Source: a virus
Strand: one strand, 5' to 3'
Length of the DNA stretch: 64,000 nucleotides
Virus record (IMG/VR): IMGVR_UViG_3300029787_000021
Span: 1 to 64,000 of that record
Positions within the stretch are counted from its first letter, which is position 1; the number at the start of each line of letters is the position of its first letter. The translations under genes and the position numbers were made by a program. Of the stretch, positions 37,272 to 46,646 are shown piece by piece. A model generated the notes under the pieces. That model did not search any database and was not told where the DNA came from. It saw only the letters and a program-made list of their open reading frames with translations.

Positions 37272-38545
37272 TATACTCTTCTATTACGTAGATTAGGTTC
37301 TAAGAAAATATTTTCTGAAAGAGCTGTTTCTTGATCTTTCTCTAATCTTTCTAATTCAGCTTTTATTGCATTAGCTGCTGATATTTGTTTAGGTATCCAA
37401 GTTGAGGGTAAATGTGGTTGAGCCATCGAATCAACTAAACTATATAAAGCAGCTATTAAATCTTTTTGTAACGTTACCATGGTTCTACCTAGTATAGCAG
37501 GTTCAGCAATCTGTGCTTGTGAAGAACCTTTTGTTGCGTTACGTAATCTAAGCGCGTTAATACCTATGTATATTTTTTGGGCACTTATAATTACTTTATT
37601 ATCGTCTCCTCTACCATCTATATTTACGGAATTAGCAGATATACCAACTGCTTCATTACCTGATATAAGTATTGAATCTTCTTTAGAGTTTAATACTATT
37701 CTATCTGAGTTAATTACTGCTTGAGATCCAGAGTATATATTTAGTTCTGCTGGTGGTACTATTAGTCTGTTTTCAGGGTCTTCTTGGTCGCTATCGATAA
37801 AAGATGCTCCTATAAAGCTTATATTATCTTCTGAAGATGCTGATAAAGGTAGAGCATGTGCTTCAGTTAAATAAATAGATGTTGGGTCTTCGTTTATATC
37901 CTCTAATACCGGGGTATACCCATCTCCTGTTTCTTTTTGTCCATTCCTTATAATAGTAAGAGCTTTCATGTTATTGCTCTCTTCTATTTCTTCTCCACTG
38001 GTTCTTTCTATAATATAAGGATTATTAGGTGATTTAGCTCCTGTAAATCTAATAGAGGATCCAAATCTTGATTCAATCATAGTATCTCCTGGGAATGGTA
38101 GTAGTGGTGCTAGTACGGCCGAATCTATGAAAAAATTATTTTCTTCTGCTTTTGGATATTCAGATACATTAGAATCAGGGTGAGGGTTCCAGTGTGGGTG
38201 ATTCCATATCGATAAAGGTATATCATAGTAGGTTTTAGATGTATCTGAGCTATCTACCTGTTCTTGAGATATGGGTCCTATACAGATGTATACTATTTCT
38301 TGTAATAAAGGAAATGTAATAAAGTTTCTGCTTTTAGGATACGCTTTACCTAACTTATCTACTCTATTTTGTAATCCTGAATCTCCTAATATTCTGTATC
38401 TAATTGCTCCTATATCACTATATCCAGTAAAAGACGGGTGTCTTTCATCCAGTATTACGTCCATAACTCTTGCTGGTACTATTCCTGGTGGAGAATCTAT
38501 TTGGACTTTACTTGGTGATGTAGGATAAAACGGATTATTACTCAT
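37271..38545 (-). CDS. Baseplate hub/spike protein (gp5/gpV-like)
   Basis: N-terminal OB-like region (FPLLQEIV); PGDTMIESRFGSSIRF; INSDRIVLNSK beta-helix; EPAILG. Confidence 0.65.
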   Translation of the reverse strand: MSNNPFYPTSPSKVQIDSPPGIVPARVMDVILDERHPSFTGYSDIGAIRYRILGDSGLQNRVDKLGKAYPKSRNFITFPLLQEIVYICIGPISQEQVDSSDTSKTYYDIPLSIWNHPHWNPHPDSNVSEYPKAEENNFFIDSAVLAPLLPFPGDTMIESRFGSSIRFTGAKSPNNPYIIERTSGEEIEESNNMKALTIIRNGQKETGDGYTPVLEDINEDPTSIYLTEAHALPLSASSEDNISFIGASFIDSDQEDPENRLIVPPAELNIYSGSQAVINSDRIVLNSKEDSILISGNEAVGISANSVNIDGRGDDNKVIISAQKIYIGINALRLRNATKGSSQAQIAEPAILGRTMVTLQKDLIAALYSLVDSMAQPHLPSTWIPKQISAANAIKAELERLEKDQETALSENIFLEPNLRNRRV

Positions 38546-38906
38546 TACTTTCTTCTTCTTCTGGGTTAGCTTTGTCTTCTACTTCAGTTAACTCCGAAGC
38601 TTCTAGTAAATCAGCTAGTTCAGAAGGGTCGAAGAAGTCAGCTCCGTCACCTTTACTAGCAGCTGATTCTATTCTCTGTATTATAGCTGCCATTTTTATA
38701 AGGTGTTCATCATTTTTTACTCCTATTTCCATATACTCTTTAATCATAGGTACTACTAAAGTAGCATCTCCTATATTCTCTATTAAAGGTTTAAGTTCTC
38801 CAATAAGAGAGCTTACTTGATTTCGAGTACTGCTAGAGTTATTATGTATTTCTTCTAATAAATCAGATAAAGTCTTATCTTTAAATATGGTTTTATCTAA
38901 GGCCAT
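38538..38906 (-). CDS. Hypothetical helical protein (terminase small subunit candidate, unproven)
   Basis: 122 aa, all-helical; TATTTATA motif upstream. Confidence 0.4.
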   Translation of the reverse strand: MALDKTIFKDKTLSDLLEEIHNNSSSTRNQVSSLIGELKPLIENIGDATLVVPMIKEYMEIGVKNDEHLIKMAAIIQRIESAASKGDGADFFDPSELADLLEASELTEVEDKANPEEEESNE

Positions 38907-38927
38907 AGTTTTTTTATTATAAATAGA

Positions 38928-39662
38928 CTATTTAACGTAATTTATATTATGAATAATAAGTCCTTGATCTTCATACTGCTGAAATAGTTCGTAAAACTCT
39001 ATTTTTAGTTTAGATATTACTCTAGTAAGGTGAGGAGTTTCACAATCAGTCATTTCTCTAATGTAAATATAAAGAGCTTTTTTCTTAAATATACCTATAT
39101 CGTTTCTAGTTTTAAATATAGTAAGTACAGCATCTGCTACTTTTAACTCGCTTTCTTTAGAAAACAAGGTATCTATCTTATCATAGGTTTTATCTACGAA
39201 TAAATCTATAAACTGACCTAAAGTTAAGGCATCTTCATGGTACGGGTCTTGGGTTTTACCGTAAATTCTATCTGTATCATCAACATTATGCTCTAAATCT
39301 TTGAAGTCTCCATGCTGTAATAGCTTTTTATAGTTTTTATTATTGTAGTTAATTAACCATCTCTTAACGATAGTACCAAAATACGAGTAAGCTTTAGCAC
39401 CATAGGTGGGATCAAACTTCATAATCTTCTCTTCTAGTAAAACAGTAACGATCACATGCTTTAAATCCTCAATATCAGGTACGTCAGTATAATAAAACTT
39501 AAATGTGTGTATTATATTCTCTGCTAGCTTGTAAAAAGGGTAATAAATGTGGTCGGTGAAGATTTTTGCTCGGTAATCTGAGTCAGTACTCTCGTTATAT
39601 CTTACTATATACTCTTCGGTTTCTTTTGTAAAGTAGTTAGCTTTGCTTTTTGCTCTGCCCAT
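38928..39662 (-). CDS. Phage late-transcription sigma factor (T4 gp55-like)
   Basis: NYFT N-terminus, KLAENI, and KFDP..GAKAYSYFGTIVKRWLI sigma region 2 motif. Confidence 0.8.
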   Translation of the reverse strand: MGRAKSKANYFTKETEEYIVRYNESTDSDYRAKIFTDHIYYPFYKLAENIIHTFKFYYTDVPDIEDLKHVIVTVLLEEKIMKFDPTYGAKAYSYFGTIVKRWLINYNNKNYKKLLQHGDFKDLEHNVDDTDRIYGKTQDPYHEDALTLGQFIDLFVDKTYDKIDTLFSKESELKVADAVLTIFKTRNDIGIFKKKALYIYIREMTDCETPHLTRVISKLKIEFYELFQQYEDQGLIIHNINYVK

Positions 39663-39945
39663 ATTCGTTGGTTACTTGGAACTTATTAAGTTCATCTTGT
39701 ACAGTTTTTAGTTGATTAAAAAAGTAACCGGTCTCGTCATCTGATTGGAATGCTCCTTTGGAATCGAGTTCTTTTAAGTGGGCTTGTGATTGATTTATTG
39801 TATCTGATAGATTTGTAATGAATTTTGCCTGTTCTTCAACTGCATCTTCATACTTTTCCACTCTTACTAACAGATTTCTTATAAAAAATCCTGAAATTGC
39901 TATTATTAAGCCTAAGGCACAATAAATTACTATAGGATCTGCCAT
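39637..39945 (-). CDS. Membrane-anchored coiled-coil protein
   Basis: N-terminal TM helix; FQSDDETGYFF segment. Confidence 0.55.
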   Translation of the reverse strand: MADPIVIYCALGLIIAISGFFIRNLLVRVEKYEDAVEEQAKFITNLSDTINQSQAHLKELDSKGAFQSDDETGYFFNQLKTVQDELNKFQVTNEYGQSKKQS

Positions 39946-39947
39946 AA

Positions 39948-40682
39948 TTATAGTTTTTTTAATGTTTTTAATAGTCCTTCCGAAGAATTTACTCTTTTTC
40001 CTGTGGAACTACTTGTTTTTTTGACTTTAGGAGTAGTACTCCCCTTACTAGCTAACCATTTATCATATTCTACCTTGGAAGCAAGGAAGTCTGCGCAGTG
40101 TAATACGTTAACTATAGATGTTTTCATCCTAGAGTTGGGGTTATTACTAAAAAAGTAAGGTTTATTACCGTCTGCAAATACTCCATCGTGGCATTTTATA
40201 GCTAAATACTCTTTTTCTGTGATTTTTATACCATACTGCTGTAGTGTATAAAGAGATCTATCTGGGACTAACATAAATGTAAGGTCACCATTAGGGGTAT
40301 ACATCTCTTGTAGCTTATCTTGCCTCCATTTGTCGGTCTGAGGTAAGTAAGATGCTTGATCTTTGGTACCAATTTTACCTAAATCATGGAATAGACCTGC
40401 AAATACAAGTTCTTCCATAGTAAAATCAATAGTCCCACCCATTTCTTCATAAAGTCTGGATTGTTTAACGGCATATTGAACTACTCTATTAACATGATCT
40501 ACGTATCCGCCTGGAAATGCATTATGGTACCAAGTTTTTCCACTAGCAGGTGCCATAACATAGGTATCGGCAAGATCCTCAAGCATGATATTTACGTCAT
40601 TCTTACGATCTCCTATATACTTGTCTACTATCTTTAAATGTAGATCCCAATTTTTTTGAATTTGTTCTGCTGTTAAGCTCAT
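39948..40682 (-). CDS. HD-domain phosphohydrolase (YhaM-like)
   Basis: APAS..YHNAFPGGYVDH, FHDLGK, HDG and H.AD motifs. Confidence 0.85.
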   Translation of the reverse strand: MSLTAEQIQKNWDLHLKIVDKYIGDRKNDVNIMLEDLADTYVMAPASGKTWYHNAFPGGYVDHVNRVVQYAVKQSRLYEEMGGTIDFTMEELVFAGLFHDLGKIGTKDQASYLPQTDKWRQDKLQEMYTPNGDLTFMLVPDRSLYTLQQYGIKITEKEYLAIKCHDGVFADGNKPYFFSNNPNSRMKTSIVNVLHCADFLASKVEYDKWLASKGSTTPKVKKTSSSTGKRVNSSEGLLKTLKKL

Positions 40683-40863
40683 ATATTATAAATTACGAAT
40701 TAAAATTTTAATTTCCAACTAATCGAATACAATTATCCTCGCTTGGTGTAACTAATTTCTATTTCTTAATACTTTATATATAATTTCATATAATCTTTTC
40801 TATATATTCTTTATATAAATCTTATATATTATAGAAGTTAGTGTTTTTTTTGCAGAATGGCAA

Positions 40864-41499
40864 CTATTCTACAATAAATTTTTCTACGTACCCTTCTTTT
40901 TCAATAAAAGTATTACCAAACTCCCACATAACTTTCATATAAAGCGATATAGTATCACCTACTAATTCGGGAGGAAAAGGTCCAACTGTTCTTCTACTTG
41001 TATAGTTATTCTCATTTTCATTAAAATATATTCTAGTATTATTCTGAACTATAGGGAGAATAGTACCTTCGAATTGGTTTAAATATACGATAGTATCTCT
41101 AACTGGTATAGGAGTACCTTGATAATCCTCTAAACCATTATAAGGACTATATAAAGGTATAGTAAAAGCTATTGAATCTCCAAGCACCCAATAGGTATCT
41201 GTATCAAATCTAGCACTAACTATACTACTTTCTACTTTATCTGCTATAACATCTACTGAGAAGTATGGATAATACTCCTGATTCCAATCTAGATCTATAT
41301 GATAGTAACCATTTTCATCCTGTTCGGAAGGAAATACCATAGTAGCTTCCGGATCTATATATAAGTTATCTTCTTCTGGAGAACAACTAAATATAAATAT
41401 CATTAAGAAAAATATGAATATGTAAAATATTAATTCAACAATAAACTTCATTATTCTTAAAAAACAACCCGTATCATGACTATTCCATTTATCAATCAT
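40864..41499 (-). CDS. Putative lipoprotein
   Basis: Long hydrophobic stretch ending in IFSC lipobox followed by an acidic SPEED segment; start uncertain (41451 or 41499). Confidence 0.6.
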   Translation of the reverse strand: MIDKWNSHDTGCFLRIMKFIVELIFYIFIFFLMIFIFSCSPEEDNLYIDPEATMVFPSEQDENGYYHIDLDWNQEYYPYFSVDVIADKVESSIVSARFDTDTYWVLGDSIAFTIPLYSPYNGLEDYQGTPIPVRDTIVYLNQFEGTILPIVQNNTRIYFNENENNYTSRRTVGPFPPELVGDTISLYMKVMWEFGNTFIEKEGYVEKFIVE

Positions 41500-41752
41500 T
41501 TCTATAAGCATATTTATGAGTATCTGGGTATATAGTATACATGTTATCTTTGTAAGAAGAACTTTCAAAAATAAACATAACTAACTCCTCTATTTCAACC
41601 TCCTGTGGTGAATCACACTCTTGGTATTCTCTTTTTACTTCTAAAAGTAGCCCTTCGAAGTCATCCGTAGATAGAGATTTATCTACATAATTTTGCTTTA
41701 AGATATCTTTTACTTCATCTTTTAGCCAAACATCAAAATTTATATTTATCAT
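41492..41752 (-). CDS. Acidic early hypothetical protein
   Basis: Directly downstream of the promoter at 41771. Confidence 0.6.
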   Translation of the reverse strand: MININFDVWLKDEVKDILKQNYVDKSLSTDDFEGLLLEVKREYQECDSPQEVEIEELVMFIFESSSYKDNMYTIYPDTHKYAYRND

Positions 41753-41770
41753 AACCTTAATTTATTACAT

Positions 41771-41802
41771 AAATATACGAACTTTCCGGCAGATTTCCAA
41801 CT
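41771..41802 (-). promoter_or_regulatory. Host-type early promoter
   Basis: AGTTG-N16-TTCGTATATTT. Confidence 0.8.
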
Positions 41803-41805
41803 AAT

Positions 41806-42690
41806 TCACCAAGTTTTTTTAGTAATATGCTCATAAACTACCTTAGCTAACTCTAAATGATCACCAGAATTAGGATGAGCTCCAGTATAACCCGTATTAG
41901 TACCAGTAAGAAAGCTTCTTAGACTAGTAGAACCGTTAGGAAATACAATTAAGTCTCTATGTCTTATCTCTCCTTTAAATTTTTGAGACTTAAAATCTAA
42001 ATTATTCTCATCTCTATATTTGCCGTATGTATTAAAAGATGATAGATCTACAAGATTATTTACGAAAACTATCTTCACCTTATTAACCTGACAATAACAA
42101 GATAAAAGCTCTATCTGATGTAATAAATCTTGTTCTAATATATCTATTTCTGAAAAGTACTTTATATGAGTTTTCCAGTAATGATCCCACCAATCTTTCT
42201 CTATATAAGGAAACCTCTCCTTTCTATAGAAATCCAGACCGGACTCTGCACCTCCTCCTCCTTCTATAATCATATCTTTATTTATAGAAAACATCATATC
42301 AGCTATATGTATAGCCTCCCACCTTTTATATTCCACATTATATCTATCTTCTCTTAATAGCTCGGTAAGACCTACCACTAATACCCTATCATAAGGACCA
42401 TGAGTTTGCCCAGATGATTCTAACCAGTGCATAGCCTTCCTAAAGATACCGCTATTACTATCTCCTCTTACAGATAAATTAACTGATTCAGCACCGCATT
42501 TAGTTGCAATAAACTTTTCAAAGGTATTATTCCTATAGTGCGCAATATTCTCTTTACCCCCTAAAAGAAGCTTTTTATAATGTTTAGCATGTTCAGGAGC
42601 ATAGTTGGTCCTATTAATTTCTTCTCCTTCTGTAGCAGAATGAAAAAAAGAACAACCTACAGCACATATAACGTTAAAATCTTTATTCAT
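41806..42690 (-). CDS. SGNH/GDSL-like hydrolase-fold protein
   Basis: GCSF, NLSVRGDSNSGIFR and terminal HPNSGDH motifs. Confidence 0.6.
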   Translation of the reverse strand: MNKDFNVICAVGCSFFHSATEGEEINRTNYAPEHAKHYKKLLLGGKENIAHYRNNTFEKFIATKCGAESVNLSVRGDSNSGIFRKAMHWLESSGQTHGPYDRVLVVGLTELLREDRYNVEYKRWEAIHIADMMFSINKDMIIEGGGGAESGLDFYRKERFPYIEKDWWDHYWKTHIKYFSEIDILEQDLLHQIELLSCYCQVNKVKIVFVNNLVDLSSFNTYGKYRDENNLDFKSQKFKGEIRHRDLIVFPNGSTSLRSFLTGTNTGYTGAHPNSGDHLELAKVVYEHITKKTW

Positions 42691-42695
42691 AAGAA

Positions 42696-42766
42696 GTGGG
42701 GGCGGTTAGGGGGTTTATTAACAGCGTAGCTCGCCGCGCAAAAGCGCGCAAAGTTGCACCGAAAAA
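42696..42766. other. GC-rich intergenic element with a CGCGC-AAAA-GCGCG hairpin
   Basis: Perfect 5-bp stem at 42735-42748 plus G-runs in an AT-rich background. Confidence 0.6.
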
Positions 42767-42767
42767 T

Positions 42768-43241
42768 TTATGTTCTATTAAGTAAGGATTGTATATCATA
42801 ATCAGATAACTCTAGTGTATGCAAAGGCCCATCAGATAATAGGCATGCATCTATATATTTTTTTATAACGGCACATCTTTCGTACTCTTCTCTATTCTCG
42901 AAATAGCCTCTTAGGCCATCTAGCATATTAAGTAATTTAGTATAATCGTGTTCTTTAGCGGCCTTCTCTATACTGGGCGTTTCTACGAGATCAATTCTTT
43001 TAAGGCTATTGACGAGTTTTACGAAGTATTTGTGTTTAATCTTAGACTTTACTTGGGTGTACTGAGAGCCGTATTGTTCGGATTGAATTTGATTAAGAAT
43101 GTAATAGTTTTCAAAAGCTTTGATAAAGTCTCCTAATACATAAGAAGCGTTATTGAACTTGATTATGACATCATGCTCTTTATATACCTCTTTATCTTCT
43201 TTATTAAATATATCAAAGATACTCTTATTTAACTTCTTCAT
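42768..43241 (-). CDS. Hypothetical protein with a UVR-like motif
   Basis: FENREEYERCAVIK. Confidence 0.55.
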   Translation of the reverse strand: MKKLNKSIFDIFNKEDKEVYKEHDVIIKFNNASYVLGDFIKAFENYYILNQIQSEQYGSQYTQVKSKIKHKYFVKLVNSLKRIDLVETPSIEKAAKEHDYTKLLNMLDGLRGYFENREEYERCAVIKKYIDACLLSDGPLHTLELSDYDIQSLLNRT

Positions 43242-43267
43242 TCTAGTTCTATATCTCTTTAATAAAT

Positions 43268-43299
43268 AGTTGGTATTCTGAAAGATATTTCTTATATTA
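43268..43299 (+). promoter_or_regulatory. Host-type promoter on the plus strand
   Basis: AGTTG-N16-TTCTTATATTA, 20 nt before the ATG at 43320. Confidence 0.7.
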
Positions 43300-43319
43300 A
43301 TATATATACTGATAATTAT

Positions 43320-43466
43320 ATGTTCGATAATATTAAAATAATAGCTCTAGGCCACGGGTTCTTATTAGGTATGCAATATTTCGCACCTTATGAAACAGAT
43401 GAAGATGATCTCCACGAGTTAAATATATACTTGTTCTTATTCTGTATCTCATTAAGATGGAAATAA
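43320..43466 (+). CDS. 48-aa hypothetical protein (MFDNIKIIALGHGFLLG...LRWK)
   Basis: Hand translation; has its own promoter; resembles 51074-51250. Confidence 0.6.
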   Translation: MFDNIKIIALGHGFLLGMQYFAPYETDEDDLHELNIYLFLFCISLRWK

Positions 43467-43580
43467 ACCCTATATAGAGAAATTTTGCTAAAAAATTTTT
43501 TCATATATTTAGTAAAAACTGGGTAAATAACTATATCGAAATCTACCCATAGAGTCATCAGTACTATAAAGGATATTATA

Positions 43581-43763
43581 ATGGCTATAGATAATAGTTT
43601 ATATGTAGGTTTATTAGAAGAAAAGCAGCAATGGTCTGATAAACTAGATTTAGCCTTAGATGATGAAAACTATAGATTATGTGCTTTATATAGAGATAAG
43701 ATAAAAGCTATAGATAAGAAGATTATGAATATTATATATCCTACTAATAATTTAATAAGATGA
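43581..43763 (+). CDS. Stand-alone UVR (UvrB/UvrC) motif protein
   Basis: LDLALDDENYRLCALYRDKI. Confidence 0.65.
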   Translation: MAIDNSLYVGLLEEKQQWSDKLDLALDDENYRLCALYRDKIKAIDKKIMNIIYPTNNLIR

Positions 43764-43891
43764 TACCAAAAATGATACCATATTTAGAATTAGACCTTAA
43801 TCCCACCGTATTAGAAGAAGGCATAGTAGTTACTATATGCTTTGCATTACTGATGTGGGGTTTATTTGATATATTTTATAATGAAAGATAA
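43760..43891 (+). CDS. Small single-TM protein
   Basis: Hand translation MIPKMIPYLELDLNPTVLEEGIVVTICFALLMWGLFDIFYNER; ATGA overlap with the previous gene. Confidence 0.5.
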   Translation: MIPKMIPYLELDLNPTVLEEGIVVTICFALLMWGLFDIFYNER

Positions 43892-43988
43892 GAATACCAT
43901 AGGAGATAGCCTTAGAAGAGGATTTATCTTTGCTACTATAGTACTAATAGCTACGATGATATATAAATATATATACTCTATACTCTAG
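43881..43988 (+). CDS. Small single-TM protein
   Basis: Hand translation MKDKNTIGDSLRRGFIFATIVLIATMIYKYIYSIL. Confidence 0.45.
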   Translation: MKDKNTIGDSLRRGFIFATIVLIATMIYKYIYSIL

Positions 43989-44102
43989 AAGTTAGCAGAG
44001 AGATATTCTTAGGTATGGGCAAGCCAGGCATACTACGTACCGGTAAGGGAACTATACTGTCAGTGTTATATAAGGGTGATGTCTAGGTACAGGCAGTTTG
44101 AC

Positions 44103-44243
44103 CTAGCATGGACATCCAATCCATAGAGCCATATATAATAATATGCCTACTATAGATAGAAAGATTATACTCTTAATAGCCTCTATAGGATTATCTATTA
44201 TAGCTCTGATAGCATCTCTATTAAACTCATACCACTCTCTCAT
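44103..44243 (-). CDS. Small single-TM protein ending in GCPC
   Basis: Hand translation MREWYEFNRDAIRAIIDNPIEAIKSIIFLSIVGILLYMALWIGCPC. Confidence 0.55.
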   Translation of the reverse strand: MREWYEFNRDAIRAIIDNPIEAIKSIIFLSIVGILLYMALWIGCPC

Positions 44244-44252
44244 ATATATTAT

Positions 44253-44411
44253 TTATTTATTATAGTATTCTGGAACGTTATGCACTCTATATACTATATC
44301 CTTTAGTCTATCTATACTATCCATAAGCCTATTACTAGGCCTATCATCGTACATTCCTTCTAGATTAAGCAAGATCGGCATAAGATCCTGATATAGTTTA
44401 TCATTATCCAT
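44253..44411 (-). CDS. 52-aa early hypothetical protein
   Basis: Hand translation MDNDKLYQDLMPILLNLEGMYDD...; first ORF after the promoter at 44437. Confidence 0.55.
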   Translation of the reverse strand: MDNDKLYQDLMPILLNLEGMYDDRPSNRLMDSIDRLKDIVYRVHNVPEYYNK

Positions 44412-44436
44412 GTGTATATAACCTTTATTTATACTT

Positions 44437-44468
44437 AAATATACGAACTTTTCTGGTAAGATCCAACT
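44437..44468 (-). promoter_or_regulatory. Host-type early promoter
   Basis: AGTTG-N16-TTCGTATATTT. Confidence 0.8.
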
Positions 44469-44835
44469 GTTTTAACGGTTATTTTCTTGCCTATATAGAA
44501 AAAAAGTAGGAGGGAGGTAGGCAGGCCTGATTAAATACCTTATCTTTTCATACGCTAATACGTCTATCTTATATACAACCTATATATTTTTATATGTTTA
44601 TATGTGTATATCTTTATATTAATATATACTTATATCTTATTACATATACGTTAAGTGATATAGTATCTTATAGCCCTTTATCTCCCTATCATAGGTAATG
44701 TCTCCTATAGTATCTTATGTTGTTTAGTATCGAGTAGTAGCCTCAGTCATCCATACCTCAGAGACACGATAAGTACTTTGATTTAATTGTCCATATTAGA
44801 GATTGGATAGTAAGAAAGGTAGGACTATTCATCAA

Positions 44836-44887
44836 TTTTGCGCGTGGCACCTTCGGTGGAGAGAGAGAAACGCCCCCTCACTCCCCC
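44836..44887. other. GC-rich element with a CACC-GAA-GGTG mini-hairpin and a GA tract
   Basis: ttttgcgcgtggcaccttcggtggagagagagaaacgccccc; shares GGGGGCG and CGCGCAAAA with the 42696 element in inverted orientation. Confidence 0.55.
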
Positions 44888-45381
44888 TACAGCAGTCCAT
44901 CCTCACCCCTCTCATAACACGCCACAAGGCTATATCTAACTCCTGCTTGTAAGGTACACACCTCATGATCTAAAGTAGAATCAAACATCATTCCACTATC
45001 TACCCTCTTTGATATATCATATGGTTTATCTTTTATATCATATACTATAGTATTACCTCCTCTATATGTAGATGGATCACTCAATTGTACTACCAATGAT
45101 CTAGTTCTTTTAAACGATCTATCGGTATCCCATAGATCATTATGCTTCTTTATATAGTCTCCTACCTTATATCTTATAATATAAAACTCATTTAACTCTT
45201 CTCCTCTTACTTTATATTCATCTAGCTTATTAAATACTTCTGTATAACCATGGGCTGGAGTAATAGTTATTATATCTCTATTGAAGATACTTGTGCTATC
45301 ATTGCTATAGTTTACGCTTTGACTAACTCTTTGTAGCTCACTTATTATTTCTTCTCCTAATATATTATCTAATTCTTTCAT
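44887..45381 (-). CDS. 2OG-Fe(II) oxygenase (prolyl-4-hydroxylase-like)
   Basis: RY..GD...HND, YRGG, HEV and G.RYSLV motifs. Confidence 0.88.
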   Translation of the reverse strand: MKELDNILGEEIISELQRVSQSVNYSNDSTSIFNRDIITITPAHGYTEVFNKLDEYKVRGEELNEFYIIRYKVGDYIKKHNDLWDTDRSFKRTRSLVVQLSDPSTYRGGNTIVYDIKDKPYDISKRVDSGMMFDSTLDHEVCTLQAGVRYSLVACYERGEDGLL

Positions 45382-45384
45382 AGT

Positions 45385-45934
45385 TTATAATATAGAACGT
45401 TTATCACCCATTTGATCTCTAGTAAGCCATAATACTAAACTATATCTTATTCCTTCTTCTATAGGAGTTACCTCATGTAATAGATTAGCCGGAAACATTA
45501 TACAACTACCTATCTGTTTACTAGCTTTAAAATAAGCTTTATTATCTTTAATATTATTATATATCAAAAGGTCTCCTCCTTTATAGTTATCTGGATTGCT
45601 AAGTTGTATTATTAATGTTTTATATCTATTATTATATCCTTCTCCAACATCTCTATGTCTCTTAAATACATCTCCTTTTTTATATCTAACTAACTTATAA
45701 TAGACAGGAAGCTTTTGTATTCCTAATTGCTTCTTAAGCTCATATATACTAGAAACAAACTTACCATAATTATATACAGTTTGTTCAGATGATATTCTTT
45801 CTTTTGATTCATAATTAAAAGCACCTACCTTACTATTCTTCCAATTATCAGATGCATTATCTAGAATGTCAGCACATTCTTTTTCAGATAGTATTTGTTT
45901 TTGTATAACTTCGCTCATTAATGATTCATATATG
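45385..45934 (-). CDS. 2OG-Fe(II) oxygenase (prolyl-4-hydroxylase-like)
   Basis: RYKKGDVFKRHRD, YKGGDL, HEVTPIEEGIRYSLVLW; real start is probably MSEVIQ near 45918. Confidence 0.88.
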
Positions 45935-46481
45935 CTGAAGGAGAAGGTAGTCCTCCGTAGTGGCACCATTCTATTTCTTTATACTTATGATTAGTCATTG
46001 CACACCATAAATCATAATCTTCTTGATTAACTCTATAACCCCAATGTAATAACGATTGCTGTATCCTTGGACTAGCCTGCCAATCATTAGCTTCATATAT
46101 CCTTCTATAGATAAGCTTTCTCCATCTTCCATTCTTACCACAAAAATCTTGCCATCTTCTTATCTGTCTATAATCATCATCACATCTGAGACCCATATCA
46201 TATTTAATATACCATTCTATCCATCCATAAGGATCTCTCTGACTAAACCAATTCATCTCTTTCCAATAGCTATATGGCATACCACTCCTTACTTTAAATT
46301 TATTACGTTTAGGTCTATATGTTGGAGCCATATATAGATCTTTATCTATACCTATAAACATATCTTTTATAGCAGGATCCATTTTCTTTTTAGGTCCAGC
46401 GTTAGGACCAAAGTATGATCCTCCCATTATACCTTCTTCAAACATCTCTCTTGGAGTTGTATTAGGATAAAATTCTATCAT
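45918..46481 (-). CDS. Aromatic-rich conserved-type hypothetical protein
   Basis: PNTTP.EMF..G..GGSYF, DPYGWIEWY, DD.RQIRRW and RIQQSLLHW segments. Confidence 0.6.
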   Translation of the reverse strand: MIEFYPNTTPREMFEEGIMGGSYFGPNAGPKKKMDPAIKDMFIGIDKDLYMAPTYRPKRNKFKVRSGMPYSYWKEMNWFSQRDPYGWIEWYIKYDMGLRCDDDYRQIRRWQDFCGKNGRWRKLIYRRIYEANDWQASPRIQQSLLHWGYRVNQEDYDLWCAMTNHKYKEIEWCHYGGLPSPSAYMNH

Positions 46482-46642
46482 TTGAACCATTGTATTAGTA
46501 TATTAATTGATATTAGTATGTTAGTAACTACTGCTTGAATTATAATCAAAGTTCTAAATCTAGCTACTGCATCTGCTTCTCTTTTAGTTTCACCTATCTT
46601 TTCACCAAGAGCTCTAGCCCATAATCTCCATAATTTCTTCAT
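46478..46642 (-). CDS. Small membrane protein (MKKLWRLWARALGEK...ADAVARFRT...)
   Basis: Hand translation, 54 aa with a TM segment; this motif type is familiar from T4-like marine phages. Confidence 0.6.
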   Translation of the reverse strand: MKKLWRLWARALGEKIGETKREADAVARFRTLIIIQAVVTNILISINILIQWFK

Positions 46643-46646
46643 CGTC

